Source: Patescibacteria group bacterium
GTDB lineage: Bacteria > Patescibacteriota > Minisyncoccia > Phycocordibacterales > UBA9973
Direction: 5' to 3'
NCBI GenBank assembly: GCA_028868715.1
Contig: JAGWUB010000001.1
Coordinates: 183,206-247,205, forward strand
DNA: 64,000 nt
A program made the position numbers and the translations under genes. Below the pieces are notes generated by a model. It was given only the letters and a program-made list of their open reading frames with translations, had not been told where the DNA came from and did not search any database. Below, in pieces: positions 9,200 through 19,427 of this stretch (its first letter is position 1; each line of letters starts with the position of its first letter).

Positions 9200-9688
9200 A
9201 TGACTTTTTTAGATAAAGTAAAACAGAAAATTTGGCATTTTATTTATAAATTTTTTCCAACGGTGCAGAAGTTTTTCCTTCGCTTTCACGAAAAAGGCCG
9301 ACAGCGGTATCATATTGGTTGGCTCACACCAGGTAAAACCCTAGAAGACTTAAAAAAACATTTACATAACGAGTGGGGATTTGGTAATCATTTCGTAGCT
9401 TGGCCAGATGAGGGGCAGGTTTTGAGCTGGAGAAAATTAGCAGATTTTCAAGATCAATATCATCTACGGGTTTTTAGTGATGGTGAAATTCGCGGGCACT
9501 ATGAATACACCCCCGAAGCACATCCAATAGAACATTTTGATGAAAAAGGAGAGAGCTTTCACAGAGAAGATTTTCTAAAATTTCTTGGAGAATTTGTCAC
9601 TGACAAAAAAACCCTGGGAACACATCTGACGATGGACCCCGAGGCTTATAATCCTAATTCCGAAATTGCTTTCGAAAACAAAAAATAA
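9200..9688 (+). CDS. Hypothetical protein
   Basis: 162-aa ORF with an extended -10 box 6 nt upstream. No family recognised. Confidence 0.7.
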   Translation: MTFLDKVKQKIWHFIYKFFPTVQKFFLRFHEKGRQRYHIGWLTPGKTLEDLKKHLHNEWGFGNHFVAWPDEGQVLSWRKLADFQDQYHLRVFSDGEIRGHYEYTPEAHPIEHFDEKGESFHREDFLKFLGEFVTDKKTLGTHLTMDPEAYNPNSEIAFENKK

Positions 9689-9691
9689 TTT

Positions 9692-10708
9692 ATGGACTTT
9701 TTTAACGATTTTGATAAATTTTCTGGGCTAGAGAAAAAATGGATAACTGCTTCATCTGAGCTTAAGGGCATAGATGGAAATAAAAAAAATATCAAAATTG
9801 AACTTATGGACGATGGCAACCCTCGAGCAGTGGCATTTTTTGATATTGATGGAACCTTGGCTCATCTAGGAGTAATACATGGCAAAGCTATAGCTAAACT
9901 TTTTCCAGACCAAGAACCTAAAGAATTAGAGCAAACTTATTATAAAGGTTTTAAACTGGGAAATTCTTTTCGAGAATTTGATCGTATGCGCGGAATCTAT
10001 ATTGACGGACATTTAGAATGGAAAGATCCTGAAGTTTACGTGAAAGATCGTTTTACTCCACATGCTGAAGAAATTGATCAACCCGGACATTCGGCACACA
10101 ATATTGCAGCAGCAATACTTGAAGAGTATGGAAAGGTTGCTGCACAAATATGCGATGAGTTATATCAAAAGAATCCAGAAGAATTTGAAAAATCAAACAT
10201 TGCTCCGATATTTAAGTTGGCACAAATGTATGCAAAACTTGGTATTCCTATGGTAGGATTTACCGCCAACGCTAAAGTATTTGTAGAAAAATTAGCGAAG
10301 TATTTAAAATTGTCAGATATATTTCTAGATATTGCCACAGATGAAACTATGGCTGGTGGTGGAAAAGAAATAGCAATACAGCATCTCATTAGTACATTAG
10401 AATCTAAAGATATTCCAATACCTGAAGGTAAAATGATATTTGTCGGTGATTCTCTGAGGGGAGATATTGGTACAAGTTTGACAGCTCGGGATAAAAATAA
10501 AGGAATTTTTGGGCAAGGAATTTTAGTCTTGAAAGACAAAAATGCATTGATTGAAATAGAGAAACAAATAAATGCTGACCCAAAATTAAGACACATTGTC
10601 GACAGCATTGATGTAAATGCCTTTGTAGTTGAAGATGTACCTCTTGATGAAAGAGGTAATCCCATGATGCTTTCCAGGTTTCGTAAAGATTTTTTAAAAA
10701 AATTATAA
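9692..10708 (+). CDS. HAD-superfamily hydrolase
   Basis: Motif I FFDIDGTL; motif IV VGDSLRGD. Confidence 0.8.
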   Translation: MDFFNDFDKFSGLEKKWITASSELKGIDGNKKNIKIELMDDGNPRAVAFFDIDGTLAHLGVIHGKAIAKLFPDQEPKELEQTYYKGFKLGNSFREFDRMRGIYIDGHLEWKDPEVYVKDRFTPHAEEIDQPGHSAHNIAAAILEEYGKVAAQICDELYQKNPEEFEKSNIAPIFKLAQMYAKLGIPMVGFTANAKVFVEKLAKYLKLSDIFLDIATDETMAGGGKEIAIQHLISTLESKDIPIPEGKMIFVGDSLRGDIGTSLTARDKNKGIFGQGILVLKDKNALIEIEKQINADPKLRHIVDSIDVNAFVVEDVPLDERGNPMMLSRFRKDFLKKL

Positions 10709-10712
10709 TTTA

Positions 10713-11900
10713 TTACTTTATCTTTGACTCTGGCATTACTAAATCCCATAGCTTGGCGGCCACGTTTACTGGTTTTCCAAATAGGGGATAATGATGTAGG
10801 TCTATAAAAGGCAAACTGTTGCACTCAATTATTCCGCAATGTTGTTCTTCCTTCCAAGATTTAGTTATATCTTCAATTATAAAATCTACTCCGATAAGAG
10901 AATCATTTAAAAATCTACCGACATGCTCTAACATTTCTATGTTGTCAGGATGGGTGATGTTGGTGACTTCGGTGGTAGTTCCACCGCAACCGCGACTGGT
11001 TTTTTGCGAAAACGTAATCACTTTATCTTTTTCTGGCACATCTTCTAATTTTATATTTTGCCTTTTCAACTCTAGCTCTGCTTCATTGTCTATCATTATT
11101 TTGTGAAAGATTGGCCCGCTTCGCTCTGTTCTTTTATTTTCTTCCTCCAATAACTCTCGCAGGGTGTGTACTCCATCGCCGATTACTTCTGGTTGATCAC
11201 GTTTAACGACTGCAATTAATTTTCTATCTATTAATGTCCCCCTAAATAGACTTCCTCTAAGTTCTTCTTCAATGATCACCAGCGGAGAGATTTTCTTAGC
11301 TTTTTTAAATCCTAGAACTAATTCCTCCGGGGTATTTATATGTATCGTGGTGTGTCGACTTCTGGAGCCGAGGTTAGGCTTAGCGATGACTGGCTTGTTG
11401 ATACTATTAAAAATTTTTAAGGCTTTTGACTTGGTAAAAGCGACTCCGCCAGTGGCCACTGGTAATCCTTCCTTTTGAAATTTTTCTTTCATGATGCCTT
11501 TGTTGTCCATCCACACCAAGGCGGGCGAGATAGTTTTTTCTGATCTGGGCAAGCCATCAAAAATTATTCTTTTCCCCTTAAACTCTGCGACAAAAGCGTT
11601 ATCTATTGGACCAAAATGAAATTCATACATTTTTATCCCGCGTTTCTCGGCCTCCTCCCAGAAACATCTGGTGCGATAAGTATCACTTGCTTCTGGCTTG
11701 TATGAAAAATGCCCAAGCTTTAAAAAAACCATTAATTTGAAAAATGGTAGCGAAAACCAATCCGCTATTCGGTCGGCCGTATTTCCAAAAATATGTTCCA
11801 TTAAGTTAAAAAATGGTTCGTCTATCCAACCCAGCACTACAGAAGTATAGGCTACAAAATGATTTTCTTGCGCTGGTTCACAATCTTTACAATGTCGCAT
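10713..11900 (-). CDS. ATP-grasp ligase (cyanophycin synthetase/GshAB-like ATP-grasp domain)
   Basis: PVIAKP..GS, VIGDGVHTLRELL, GVDFII, IIECNSLP. Confidence 0.8.
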   Translation of the reverse strand: MRHCKDCEPAQENHFVAYTSVVLGWIDEPFFNLMEHIFGNTADRIADWFSLPFFKLMVFLKLGHFSYKPEASDTYRTRCFWEEAEKRGIKMYEFHFGPIDNAFVAEFKGKRIIFDGLPRSEKTISPALVWMDNKGIMKEKFQKEGLPVATGGVAFTKSKALKIFNSINKPVIAKPNLGSRSRHTTIHINTPEELVLGFKKAKKISPLVIIEEELRGSLFRGTLIDRKLIAVVKRDQPEVIGDGVHTLRELLEEENKRTERSGPIFHKIMIDNEAELELKRQNIKLEDVPEKDKVITFSQKTSRGCGGTTTEVTNITHPDNIEMLEHVGRFLNDSLIGVDFIIEDITKSWKEEQHCGIIECNSLPFIDLHHYPLFGKPVNVAAKLWDLVMPESKIK

Positions 11901-12537
11901 AAAATAATTTCCAGTCCTTTTTAAATATAAATTTACAAATATGAAAGATGGTATAAGTTATAAAGAAAGCAGCCGCCACGTCGATAGAATAATGAAGATG
12001 CCCCAGAAGTACAACAACTGCAAAAATAATAGAAAAACTTAGAAAGACGTAACGTAATGTCTTATCATCCCAAAACATTAGGGCCATAAGAAAAGGCAAA
12101 CCAGTGTGCCCTGAAAAGAAGAGATCATTCCCAGTAAAGATATTGTTTAGATATTTTCCAAAATACACCGTGCTGATAGCTACGTGGGGATAATATGGAC
12201 TGACATGTGTCAGAATAATAAAAAACGATCTAATTACCACAAAAACTGCAATGCTTTTTAAAGCAAAGGGAAAGTATCTAGGACGGACGACACCTATAAA
12301 AAGCATCACAAAACCCATAAAGATAGCACCGTATACAAATATAAGATCTACGTCATAGACTCGAGTGTTGGAAAGGATGATGTCAGTAACAGGCTCACTG
12401 GCTATACGCGTGGCGTAATTGATAGCAAAGTATTGTATAAAGATACTTATTCCGAGCAAAAAAACACCAGTCAAAAAAGAGATAATGAACTTTTTATCCT
12501 TAAAATAGATAGAATAACTTTTTTTCATTTTATCCAT
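11887..12537 (-). CDS. PAP2/sphingomyelin-synthase-like membrane protein
   Basis: Multi-TM; DLFFSGHT and HYSIDV motifs. Confidence 0.85.
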   Translation of the reverse strand: MDKMKKSYSIYFKDKKFIISFLTGVFLLGISIFIQYFAINYATRIASEPVTDIILSNTRVYDVDLIFVYGAIFMGFVMLFIGVVRPRYFPFALKSIAVFVVIRSFFIILTHVSPYYPHVAISTVYFGKYLNNIFTGNDLFFSGHTGLPFLMALMFWDDKTLRYVFLSFSIIFAVVVLLGHLHYSIDVAAAFFITYTIFHICKFIFKKDWKLFYATL

Positions 12538-12568
12538 GGTATTATGTTATGATAACACAATATTTAAA

Positions 12569-13249
12569 ATGAATAAAATTTCTTGTATAATCTGCGCTTT
12601 CAATGAAGAACCGAGGATAGGGGCAGTCTTAAACGCCCTCAAGGAGCATCCGTTATTGGATGAAGTAATAGTTGTCGACGATGGATCAACTGACGGCACA
12701 AAAAAAATTATAGAACAAAATGAATGGATCAGACTAATTTCTCACCCAAAGAACTTGGGCAAAAGCGCCGCTATGTGTACGGGAATATTAAACTCCAAGA
12801 ATGACCTGCTATTGTTTTTAGATGCGGATTTAAAAGACATATCGGCCGAAGATGTGACCGCGCTAGCTATGCCAGTTTTAGAAAATAAAAGTGATGTAAG
12901 TATTAGTACTCGCAAAAACAGTTTGTTGATATATAAAATACTTGGGTTTGATTTTTTTTCTGGCGAGAGGATTATTTCCAAGAAATATTTAATTGATCAT
13001 ATAGAAGAAATAGGCAAACTTCCCGGTTATGCGATTGAAACCTATATTAATACCATAATTGTTGATAACAAATTGCGGGTTGCTATTGTGTATTTGAAAA
13101 ATGTTATCCATACGATGAAAGCGGAAAAAGTTGGACTGTGGAAGGGAATAAATTTAGAAATTAAAATGGCACTGGAATTAGTTAAATATAGTTCCTTGAT
13201 GGGAATTCTAAAACAGAATTATAAACTACTAAAGTTAAGAGTGGATTAA
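12569..13249 (+). CDS. Glycosyltransferase family 2
   Basis: ISCIICAFNEE, VVDDGSTDGT, FLDADL. Start placed at MNKIS. Confidence 0.9.
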   Translation: MNKISCIICAFNEEPRIGAVLNALKEHPLLDEVIVVDDGSTDGTKKIIEQNEWIRLISHPKNLGKSAAMCTGILNSKNDLLLFLDADLKDISAEDVTALAMPVLENKSDVSISTRKNSLLIYKILGFDFFSGERIISKKYLIDHIEEIGKLPGYAIETYINTIIVDNKLRVAIVYLKNVIHTMKAEKVGLWKGINLEIKMALELVKYSSLMGILKQNYKLLKLRVD

Positions 13250-14245
13250 ATTATCTATAAATTCTTGCGTCGAGACATCCCAAGAATATGTCAGAGCTTT
13301 TTTTCTGCCAGCTTCTCTTGAAAGTTTTAAACATTGCAATGCGGCAAATTCTAAATTTTTATCTAAAAATCCATCAACTCCATGAGAGATTACATCTCCT
13401 GGTCCGATGACATCGTGGGCAGCCACCGGCAGACCACAAGCCATAGCCTCAATAATAGTTAATCCAAAAGTATCAGTTTCAGATGGAAAAACGGCGACAT
13501 CACAAGAAGCCAGAATATCTACCAACTCTTGGCCCTTTTTATATCCAACGAATATTGCGCTATCTTTGTATTTTCTTTCTAAAGCATGGCGAAGTGGTCC
13601 GTCGCCAATGATAAGTTTGGTCCCAGGCAAGGAACACCTCAAAAACTCTTCAAGATTTTTTTCTATAGCTATACGACCAAGATAAACAAAAATAGGTCGT
13701 TGGTATGGCAGAGAAAAATTTCCGTTATTAGGCTTAAAGAGATCTGTGTCAACTCCGGCAGGCCAGATGGTAAGATTTTTTTTAAATCCTCTTTGCTCAA
13801 GTTTAGATTTTAAACTTTTAGTATGAATTATAGTTTTCTCACCACCATCATGAAACCACCTTAAGTATCGGTAAGAAGTATCAGCAAAAAACCCAATTCT
13901 AATTTCAATATATAAAGGCAAATCGGTACAGTAAGAAGTAGTAAACTTTAAGTTATTTTTTCTACAAGCATAGCGTGCCCAAAATCCCAAGACACTCTCA
14001 GTCATGATGTGAATGTAGTCAGGTTTTTCTTGCATGATAATAGATTCTACTTTTCGTTTTGTAAAAAAAGGTATGCGAACCTCTCTGTAAAATGGTAGAG
14101 GAAAAGTGGGGAAGAGACCAGGGTGGATTATAACGACTTCAAATCCCTTTTCTTTTAACCGAGGGATTAAATTATTTAAAATAGTTAAAACTCCACTGGC
14201 GACTTGTGGATACCAAGCATCAGTGACAATTAAGATTTTTTTCAT
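13235..14245 (-). CDS. Glycosyltransferase family 4 (GT-B)
   Basis: KILIVTDAWYPQV, GRIAIEKNL, FPSETDTFGLTIIEAMACGLPV. Confidence 0.92.
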   Translation of the reverse strand: MKKILIVTDAWYPQVASGVLTILNNLIPRLKEKGFEVVIIHPGLFPTFPLPFYREVRIPFFTKRKVESIIMQEKPDYIHIMTESVLGFWARYACRKNNLKFTTSYCTDLPLYIEIRIGFFADTSYRYLRWFHDGGEKTIIHTKSLKSKLEQRGFKKNLTIWPAGVDTDLFKPNNGNFSLPYQRPIFVYLGRIAIEKNLEEFLRCSLPGTKLIIGDGPLRHALERKYKDSAIFVGYKKGQELVDILASCDVAVFPSETDTFGLTIIEAMACGLPVAAHDVIGPGDVISHGVDGFLDKNLEFAALQCLKLSREAGRKKALTYSWDVSTQEFIDNLIHS

Positions 14246-14838
14246 ACAGTATCTTTAAATGCATTTTTCTTGATATAACTCTTAATGAAAAAATATCCAG
14301 CTATTAATATGACGGAGACCAACAACCAAACGTAAGAAAAATAATCTACATATTTAGTTGAAGTGGAAATAGTTTTTCCAAAGTAATAACCAATTGTCAT
14401 AAATAAAATAATTTTAGGGATGCTTCCTAGCATATTGTATTTCATAAACCTTAGATATTTTAATTTAACAATTCCGGCCACAAAAAGAATAAGGGAACCA
14501 ATCGGCTGAGTTTTACCGAATAATAAAATTCTGCCATCAAAGGTATGAAATTTTTCCGTTAGAGAACTTACCCTTGCTGGAGTCGCTCCGATATATTTTC
14601 CAAAATTTCTCACAAACCATTCTCCGGCATAACGGCCCAAGAGGTAATACATTGTGTCTCCGACAACGTCTCCCATCACTAGAACAAAAAAAACAATAAA
14701 AGCATTAAATATTTTCAAGGAGACTAAAAATCCAGAAATTAAAGATATCGTTGGCCCTTCCATAATAGCAACCGGAAAAACGATCCAGTAGCCGTAGTGG
14801 ATAAAAAGTTGGGTAATAGTTGCAAAGTCTGCAGTCAT
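14242..14838 (-). CDS. DedA family membrane protein
   Basis: EGP, GDVVGDTMYYLLGR, AGIVK..RF pattern. Confidence 0.88.
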   Translation of the reverse strand: MTADFATITQLFIHYGYWIVFPVAIMEGPTISLISGFLVSLKIFNAFIVFFVLVMGDVVGDTMYYLLGRYAGEWFVRNFGKYIGATPARVSSLTEKFHTFDGRILLFGKTQPIGSLILFVAGIVKLKYLRFMKYNMLGSIPKIILFMTIGYYFGKTISTSTKYVDYFSYVWLLVSVILIAGYFFIKSYIKKNAFKDTV

Positions 14839-14839
14839 A

Positions 14840-15820
14840 TTAATTTTTTACTTCTGAATTTTTAATGGACCTTTGTTTATTTTCAAGGGCTGTCAACACT
14901 TTCTCGGCAGCGCTAGTATACTGTTCTGGTTTGGTATTCAGGTCACCATGACCTCCTTCTACTGAGTAAAATCCGTCAATAATTTCAGAAATTTGTAATT
15001 CTTCGGGATTGCCAGATTTTTTTTGTTCACTAATATTTTTTTGTACATCCTTCATCGGAAATACTTTATCATCCACCCCATGCACTATAGAAATTCCAAT
15101 CCCATGATTTTTAATTTCTCGAAGAAATTGATAAGTTTCCGATTTAGCTATATCATTGATTTCTTTTGTGCTTAAAATTGGAGTTTTAAGTACCCACTTC
15201 ATGAATTCCTTTGTACCCCATTCCACTTGCTCCTTACCGAGAGCAGAGACCAAACCTGCTTTTTCACGTTCTTTAAAAGTTTTACCTTCAGATATTCCAG
15301 TATTCAAAAACCTAATTCCAAGTAAGGCCGTATTTATTTCCTTGACTAGACCACCAGAGTCTACCAGAACAAGATTTTCAAATTTATCTGGATATAAATG
15401 CGCAGCTGCTAGGGTTACAATGCCACCCCTTGATTCTCCAATAACCGAAACTTTACCAACTCCCTTTTTTTCTAAAACTAAATTAATAGCATTTACTTGT
15501 TTTAAGATAGAATCTCGTAAATTTTCTGTTTTTGGGTTATCACTTTTCTGGTCAATTCCATGCGGACTCTTAACAGCAATTACTCTTCTGCCTTGCTTAA
15601 CTAATTCCAGTATATTTGTTTTCCTGCCCTCTGGGGAACCATCACCATATCCAGAAATAAACAATACAGGTGCACCTTGCTTTAGCTCTTTTGGCGCTAT
15701 ATCCAGAATTTCTATTTGCTCACCCGACACATTTAAAGTTTCTCTTTTTTTGAATTCTTCTTCAAACCATTGTTCAATAGTATTTTTTTCTGATTTTAGG
15801 CTATTGGGGAAAGTTTCCAT
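14840..15820 (-). CDS. Alpha/beta hydrolase
   Basis: GESRGG nucleophile elbow, HGVDDKV acid, GGHG His. Confidence 0.8.
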   Translation of the reverse strand: METFPNSLKSEKNTIEQWFEEEFKKRETLNVSGEQIEILDIAPKELKQGAPVLFISGYGDGSPEGRKTNILELVKQGRRVIAVKSPHGIDQKSDNPKTENLRDSILKQVNAINLVLEKKGVGKVSVIGESRGGIVTLAAAHLYPDKFENLVLVDSGGLVKEINTALLGIRFLNTGISEGKTFKEREKAGLVSALGKEQVEWGTKEFMKWVLKTPILSTKEINDIAKSETYQFLREIKNHGIGISIVHGVDDKVFPMKDVQKNISEQKKSGNPEELQISEIIDGFYSVEGGHGDLNTKPEQYTSAAEKVLTALENKQRSIKNSEVKN

Positions 15821-15848
15821 ATTGATATAAGTATACCAAAAATCAATT

Positions 15849-16520
15849 TTAATGCGCTACCGTAAAAGCGACAACTTTTCTCGCCCCAGCTTTCCTCAAA
15901 ACTCTTCGGGCTTCGGTCAATGTCGCTCCGGTGGTGAGAATATCATCTATTAAAATTATATTTTTCTTATCGATTACTTCAGGATTTTTTACAGCGAAAG
16001 ATCCGATGATGTTTTTCAAACGTTCCGACCTGTTCCTAATACGGGCTTGGTGTTCGGTATCCTTTGGTTTGATCAAAACACCTGTTTCCAATCCTAGATC
16101 TACGCCATGGCGTAGATTGTTTATTTTGATTAACTCTTTGGCTATCAATTCTGCTTGGTTGTATCCTCGTTCTTTGTATCGCTTCTTTGATAAAGGAATG
16201 GGGATCAAAATAGGGGAGCGAAAATTTTCCATAATACTTAATTCTGAAAGTTCTTCCAAAAGTTTACCGTATAGAACCTCAGCAAAAGTTTCAGCTAACT
16301 TTTTTTTGTTTTTATACTTCAGTAGCCACAGGGCTTTCTTTACTGGTGGATGGCGATAGTCAAATACAGGGAAAATCCACTTTGCGCTTTCACGTTCTGC
16401 TGGTGGAAATTCCGAAATACACGAGAGGCACACATAAGCCCCATTTTTACCACAAGCTACACAAGTCACAGGGAAAACTATATTCAGCAGTTTACTTATA
16501 ATGGTGTTTAAAAATGGCAT
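15849..16520 (-). CDS. comF: ComF family competence protein (double zinc ribbon + PRTase)
   Basis: CVAC...CLSC, RGYNQAELIA, LIDDILTTGAT. Confidence 0.92.
   Translation of the reverse strand: MPFLNTIISKLLNIVFPVTCVACGKNGAYVCLSCISEFPPAERESAKWIFPVFDYRHPPVKKALWLLKYKNKKKLAETFAEVLYGKLLEELSELSIMENFRSPILIPIPLSKKRYKERGYNQAELIAKELIKINNLRHGVDLGLETGVLIKPKDTEHQARIRNRSERLKNIIGSFAVKNPEVIDKKNIILIDDILTTGATLTEARRVLRKAGARKVVAFTVAH
16098..16117. repeat. Perfect 20-bp palindrome inside comF
   Basis: ATCTACGCCATGGCGTAGAT is its own reverse complement. Confidence 0.8.
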
Positions 16521-16544
16521 TTATGCTATAATATTAGCACAAAA

Positions 16545-17675
16545 ATGGACAATCCTTTTTCAAACATCCTTGGGAATATAAGCAAGCTCGTGGCCGGCAC
16601 AAAGGATACCGCTGTAGGTATTGATATCGGTTCCTCCGCTATTAAAATAGTTGAAATAAAAAGAAAAGGGAGCAAGGCAGTGCTCGAAACATACGGAGCT
16701 ATAGCCCTTGCACCTTATGACAATCAGGACGCAGGACGTATTGCCAATCTTCCGGTTGAAAAAATCTCCGAAGCCCTGACAGAAGTTTTGAAACAATCTG
16801 CGGTAGTTACAAAAGATGCGGCTTTCTCTATTCCAATACAATCAAGTTTGATTTTTACCATTGATTTGCCTTCTACTATTAAAGAAGGTGAAATGTCCAA
16901 CATTGTCTCCACAGAAGCTCGGAAGTATATTCCAGTACCGATAGGGGAAGTGTCAGTCGATTATTTTATGCTACCTAAAAAAGAACCATCTTTTTTGGAT
17001 ATGAATAGTAGCATGCCACAATCTGCTGCCTCAAATGAAAAAATAAATGTTCTAGTTGTAGCTACTCAAAATGATGCAGTAGCTAAATACCGTTCTATTG
17101 TTTCGGGAGCTAACCTTAGCCCAGCTTTCTTTGAGATCGAAGTATTTTCTTCAATTAGAGCTAATTTTGAACATGAGCTTTCTCCTGTTTTGTTAATAGA
17201 TTTTGGTGCCTCACGTACCAAGCTTTCAGTTGTTGAATACGGTATGATTAAAAGTTATCACACTATAAACCGAGGCGGTGTAGATATTACTGACTCAATT
17301 TCCAAGTCTCTAAGCATCCCTTTTTCTGAAGCGGAGAAAATGAAGAAAGAATTCGGCCTTTTTGGCAATCCTACTGAAAAAAATCTAGCTGATATCATCA
17401 AAATCCACATTGACTATATCTTTTCTGAAACCAATAATGTATTATTAAGTTATGAAAAGCAGTATAATAGTATTATTAGCAAAGTAATATTTACTGGCGG
17501 TGGATCTCTCTTGAAAGGACTTACGGAAGTAGCAGCTAATAATTTTCGGGCAGAGATAGAAATTGGACATCCATTTTCTAAAATCAATGCTCCGGTGTTT
17601 TTAGAGAAAGTTTTAGAAACTATGGGGCCAGAGTTTGCAGTTGCACTAGGTTTGGCATTGCGAAAATTGCAATAA
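16545..17675 (+). CDS. pilM: Type IV pilus assembly protein PilM
   Basis: VGIDIGSSAIKIVE, EARKYIP, IDFGA, FTGGGS, AVALGLALR. Confidence 0.93.
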   Translation: MDNPFSNILGNISKLVAGTKDTAVGIDIGSSAIKIVEIKRKGSKAVLETYGAIALAPYDNQDAGRIANLPVEKISEALTEVLKQSAVVTKDAAFSIPIQSSLIFTIDLPSTIKEGEMSNIVSTEARKYIPVPIGEVSVDYFMLPKKEPSFLDMNSSMPQSAASNEKINVLVVATQNDAVAKYRSIVSGANLSPAFFEIEVFSSIRANFEHELSPVLLIDFGASRTKLSVVEYGMIKSYHTINRGGVDITDSISKSLSIPFSEAEKMKKEFGLFGNPTEKNLADIIKIHIDYIFSETNNVLLSYEKQYNSIISKVIFTGGGSLLKGLTEVAANNFRAEIEIGHPFSKINAPVFLEKVLETMGPEFAVALGLALRKLQ

Positions 17676-17697
17676 ATGAGATAATAAATAAATAAAT

Positions 17698-18333
17698 ATG
17701 GAACCAAATTTTCAAACATCCTTCATACCTAAAAAACCAATGGTAGAAGAGCACGTCCGCGCGCCACGACCAATTGGGCTGTTGACCATTATTTCTATAT
17801 TTATTTTATTTACTGTACTTTTGGCATCTGGCGCCCTTTATTTTTACAAGGGAATCATGACTAGAAATATTGAAGGCATGAAAGCAAATTTACATTTGGC
17901 TGAACAACGTTTTGAACCATCAAAAATCACGGAATTACAGAAACTAGATAAACGACTAGGTGCGGCTAATCAAGTTTTATCTAAGCACATTGCAATCACT
18001 CCTATTTTTCAAGCACTACAGGCTGTTACTATGAAAAGTGTTAGCTTCACTAATTTTAGTTATGATTTTGGGGAAGGAGCAAATAGCAAAATAAATATTA
18101 AAATGTCAGGAGTTACGTTAGGCTATAGCAATCTTGCCCTCCAGTCTGACCTCTTTGCTAAGAATAAAAATTTCATTAATCCAGTTTTTTCCAATCTGAC
18201 ACTTAACGATAAAGGCAATGTTGCCTTTGATTTAAATTTTTCGGTCGACCCTTCTTTTGTAGATTACAAAACCATGCTCTTAACAGAAAATCAAGACAAC
18301 GGCAATCCTCAGATTCCACAGCCGGGTACTTAA
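17698..18333 (+). CDS. PilN-like pilus assembly protein
   Basis: Follows pilM; TM + coiled coil + ferredoxin-like tail. Confidence 0.7.
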   Translation: MEPNFQTSFIPKKPMVEEHVRAPRPIGLLTIISIFILFTVLLASGALYFYKGIMTRNIEGMKANLHLAEQRFEPSKITELQKLDKRLGAANQVLSKHIAITPIFQALQAVTMKSVSFTNFSYDFGEGANSKINIKMSGVTLGYSNLALQSDLFAKNKNFINPVFSNLTLNDKGNVAFDLNFSVDPSFVDYKTMLLTENQDNGNPQIPQPGT

Positions 18334-18343
18334 ATAAATTTTT

Positions 18344-18940
18344 ATGATCAGATTCATTATGCCAATTATCTTTGTAGGAATTGCGATCACAGGTTTTTTT
18401 GTGTTCACCCAACCCCTGTATCAAGACATTGCCGCGCTTAGGGTAGATGCCGATTCTTACAATCAAGCGCTGGGTAATTCTAAGTCATTAGAAAATGAAC
18501 GAGATAAATTGACCTCCAAATACAACACCTTTAGTCAAAATGATTTAGATAGATTGCAAAAACTTTTACCAGACAACATTGATAATATTCGCTTGATTCT
18601 GGAAATAGAAAAAATAGCTGCACCTTACGGCATGGTCTTAAAAGATATAGTCTATACCGCTGACTCACAGGCAAATGCCACTCCTGCAGCAGCTACCGCA
18701 CAAGGTGGGGCAGCACTTACCACAACCACAGCAACAGATTTTAACACTTTGAATATGAGTTTTTCGGTAATGGGTACTTACAATAATTTTCTTAATTTCA
18801 CCAAAGACCTAGAGAGCAATCTTCGAATCGTGGATATATCTTCAGTTACATTTTCATCTGCTACAGTAGATATAAAAAACAACCCGACTGGAATTTATAA
18901 GTATGATTTTAAAATTAAAACTTACTGGCTAAAAAATTAA
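18344..18940 (+). CDS. pilO: PilO-like pilus assembly protein
   Basis: LLPD, GTYNNFLNFTKDLESNLRIVDI. Confidence 0.8.
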   Translation: MIRFIMPIIFVGIAITGFFVFTQPLYQDIAALRVDADSYNQALGNSKSLENERDKLTSKYNTFSQNDLDRLQKLLPDNIDNIRLILEIEKIAAPYGMVLKDIVYTADSQANATPAAATAQGGAALTTTTATDFNTLNMSFSVMGTYNNFLNFTKDLESNLRIVDISSVTFSSATVDIKNNPTGIYKYDFKIKTYWLKN

Positions 18941-18941
18941 A

Positions 18942-19421
18942 ATGTTAAAACCAAAAAACATCATAATATTCGCAGTAGTTGGTATAGCCCTTGTTTTAAT
19001 TTATGTGTTTTTTATAAACAAGGCTCCAGAGCAAACTGGCTTGGTTTCAACCTCAAGCAACCCCGTAACATCTAGCACCCCTACTTCTGATGCCTCCAAC
19101 CCAAACTCCTTAGGTAGTAAAGATTTCCTAGCTGTTTTACTAAATGTCAAAACTATTAAATTAGACAATAGTATATTTTCCAATGTAGCTTTTAGTAGTT
19201 TGCATGATTCCAGTATCGTACTTACACCAGATGGAACTGAAGGCAGAATCAATCCATTTGCTCCGATAGGCTCTGATGCTGTTGTTACACCTATTAATAC
19301 TACAACAACCCCTAATCAAGCTACTCAAACCCCACCCACGACAACCCCAACGACACCAAAATCAACCAAAACAACGACGACTCCGTCTACGCCACCCTCA
19401 ACCGTAACTCCAACGAACTAA
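18942..19421 (+). CDS. Pilus-cluster membrane protein (PilP-position) with Thr/Pro-rich tail
   Basis: N-terminal TM, GRINPFAP motif, low-complexity T/P C-terminus. Confidence 0.6.
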   Translation: MLKPKNIIIFAVVGIALVLIYVFFINKAPEQTGLVSTSSNPVTSSTPTSDASNPNSLGSKDFLAVLLNVKTIKLDNSIFSNVAFSSLHDSSIVLTPDGTEGRINPFAPIGSDAVVTPINTTTTPNQATQTPPTTTPTTPKSTKTTTTPSTPPSTVTPTN

Positions 19422-19427
19422 TTTAAT

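Noticed and set aside
19290-19421. ACx/CCx repetitive DNA
   Set aside because: It encodes a Thr/Pro linker; there are no fixed repeat-spacer units, so it is not CRISPR or a VNTR.
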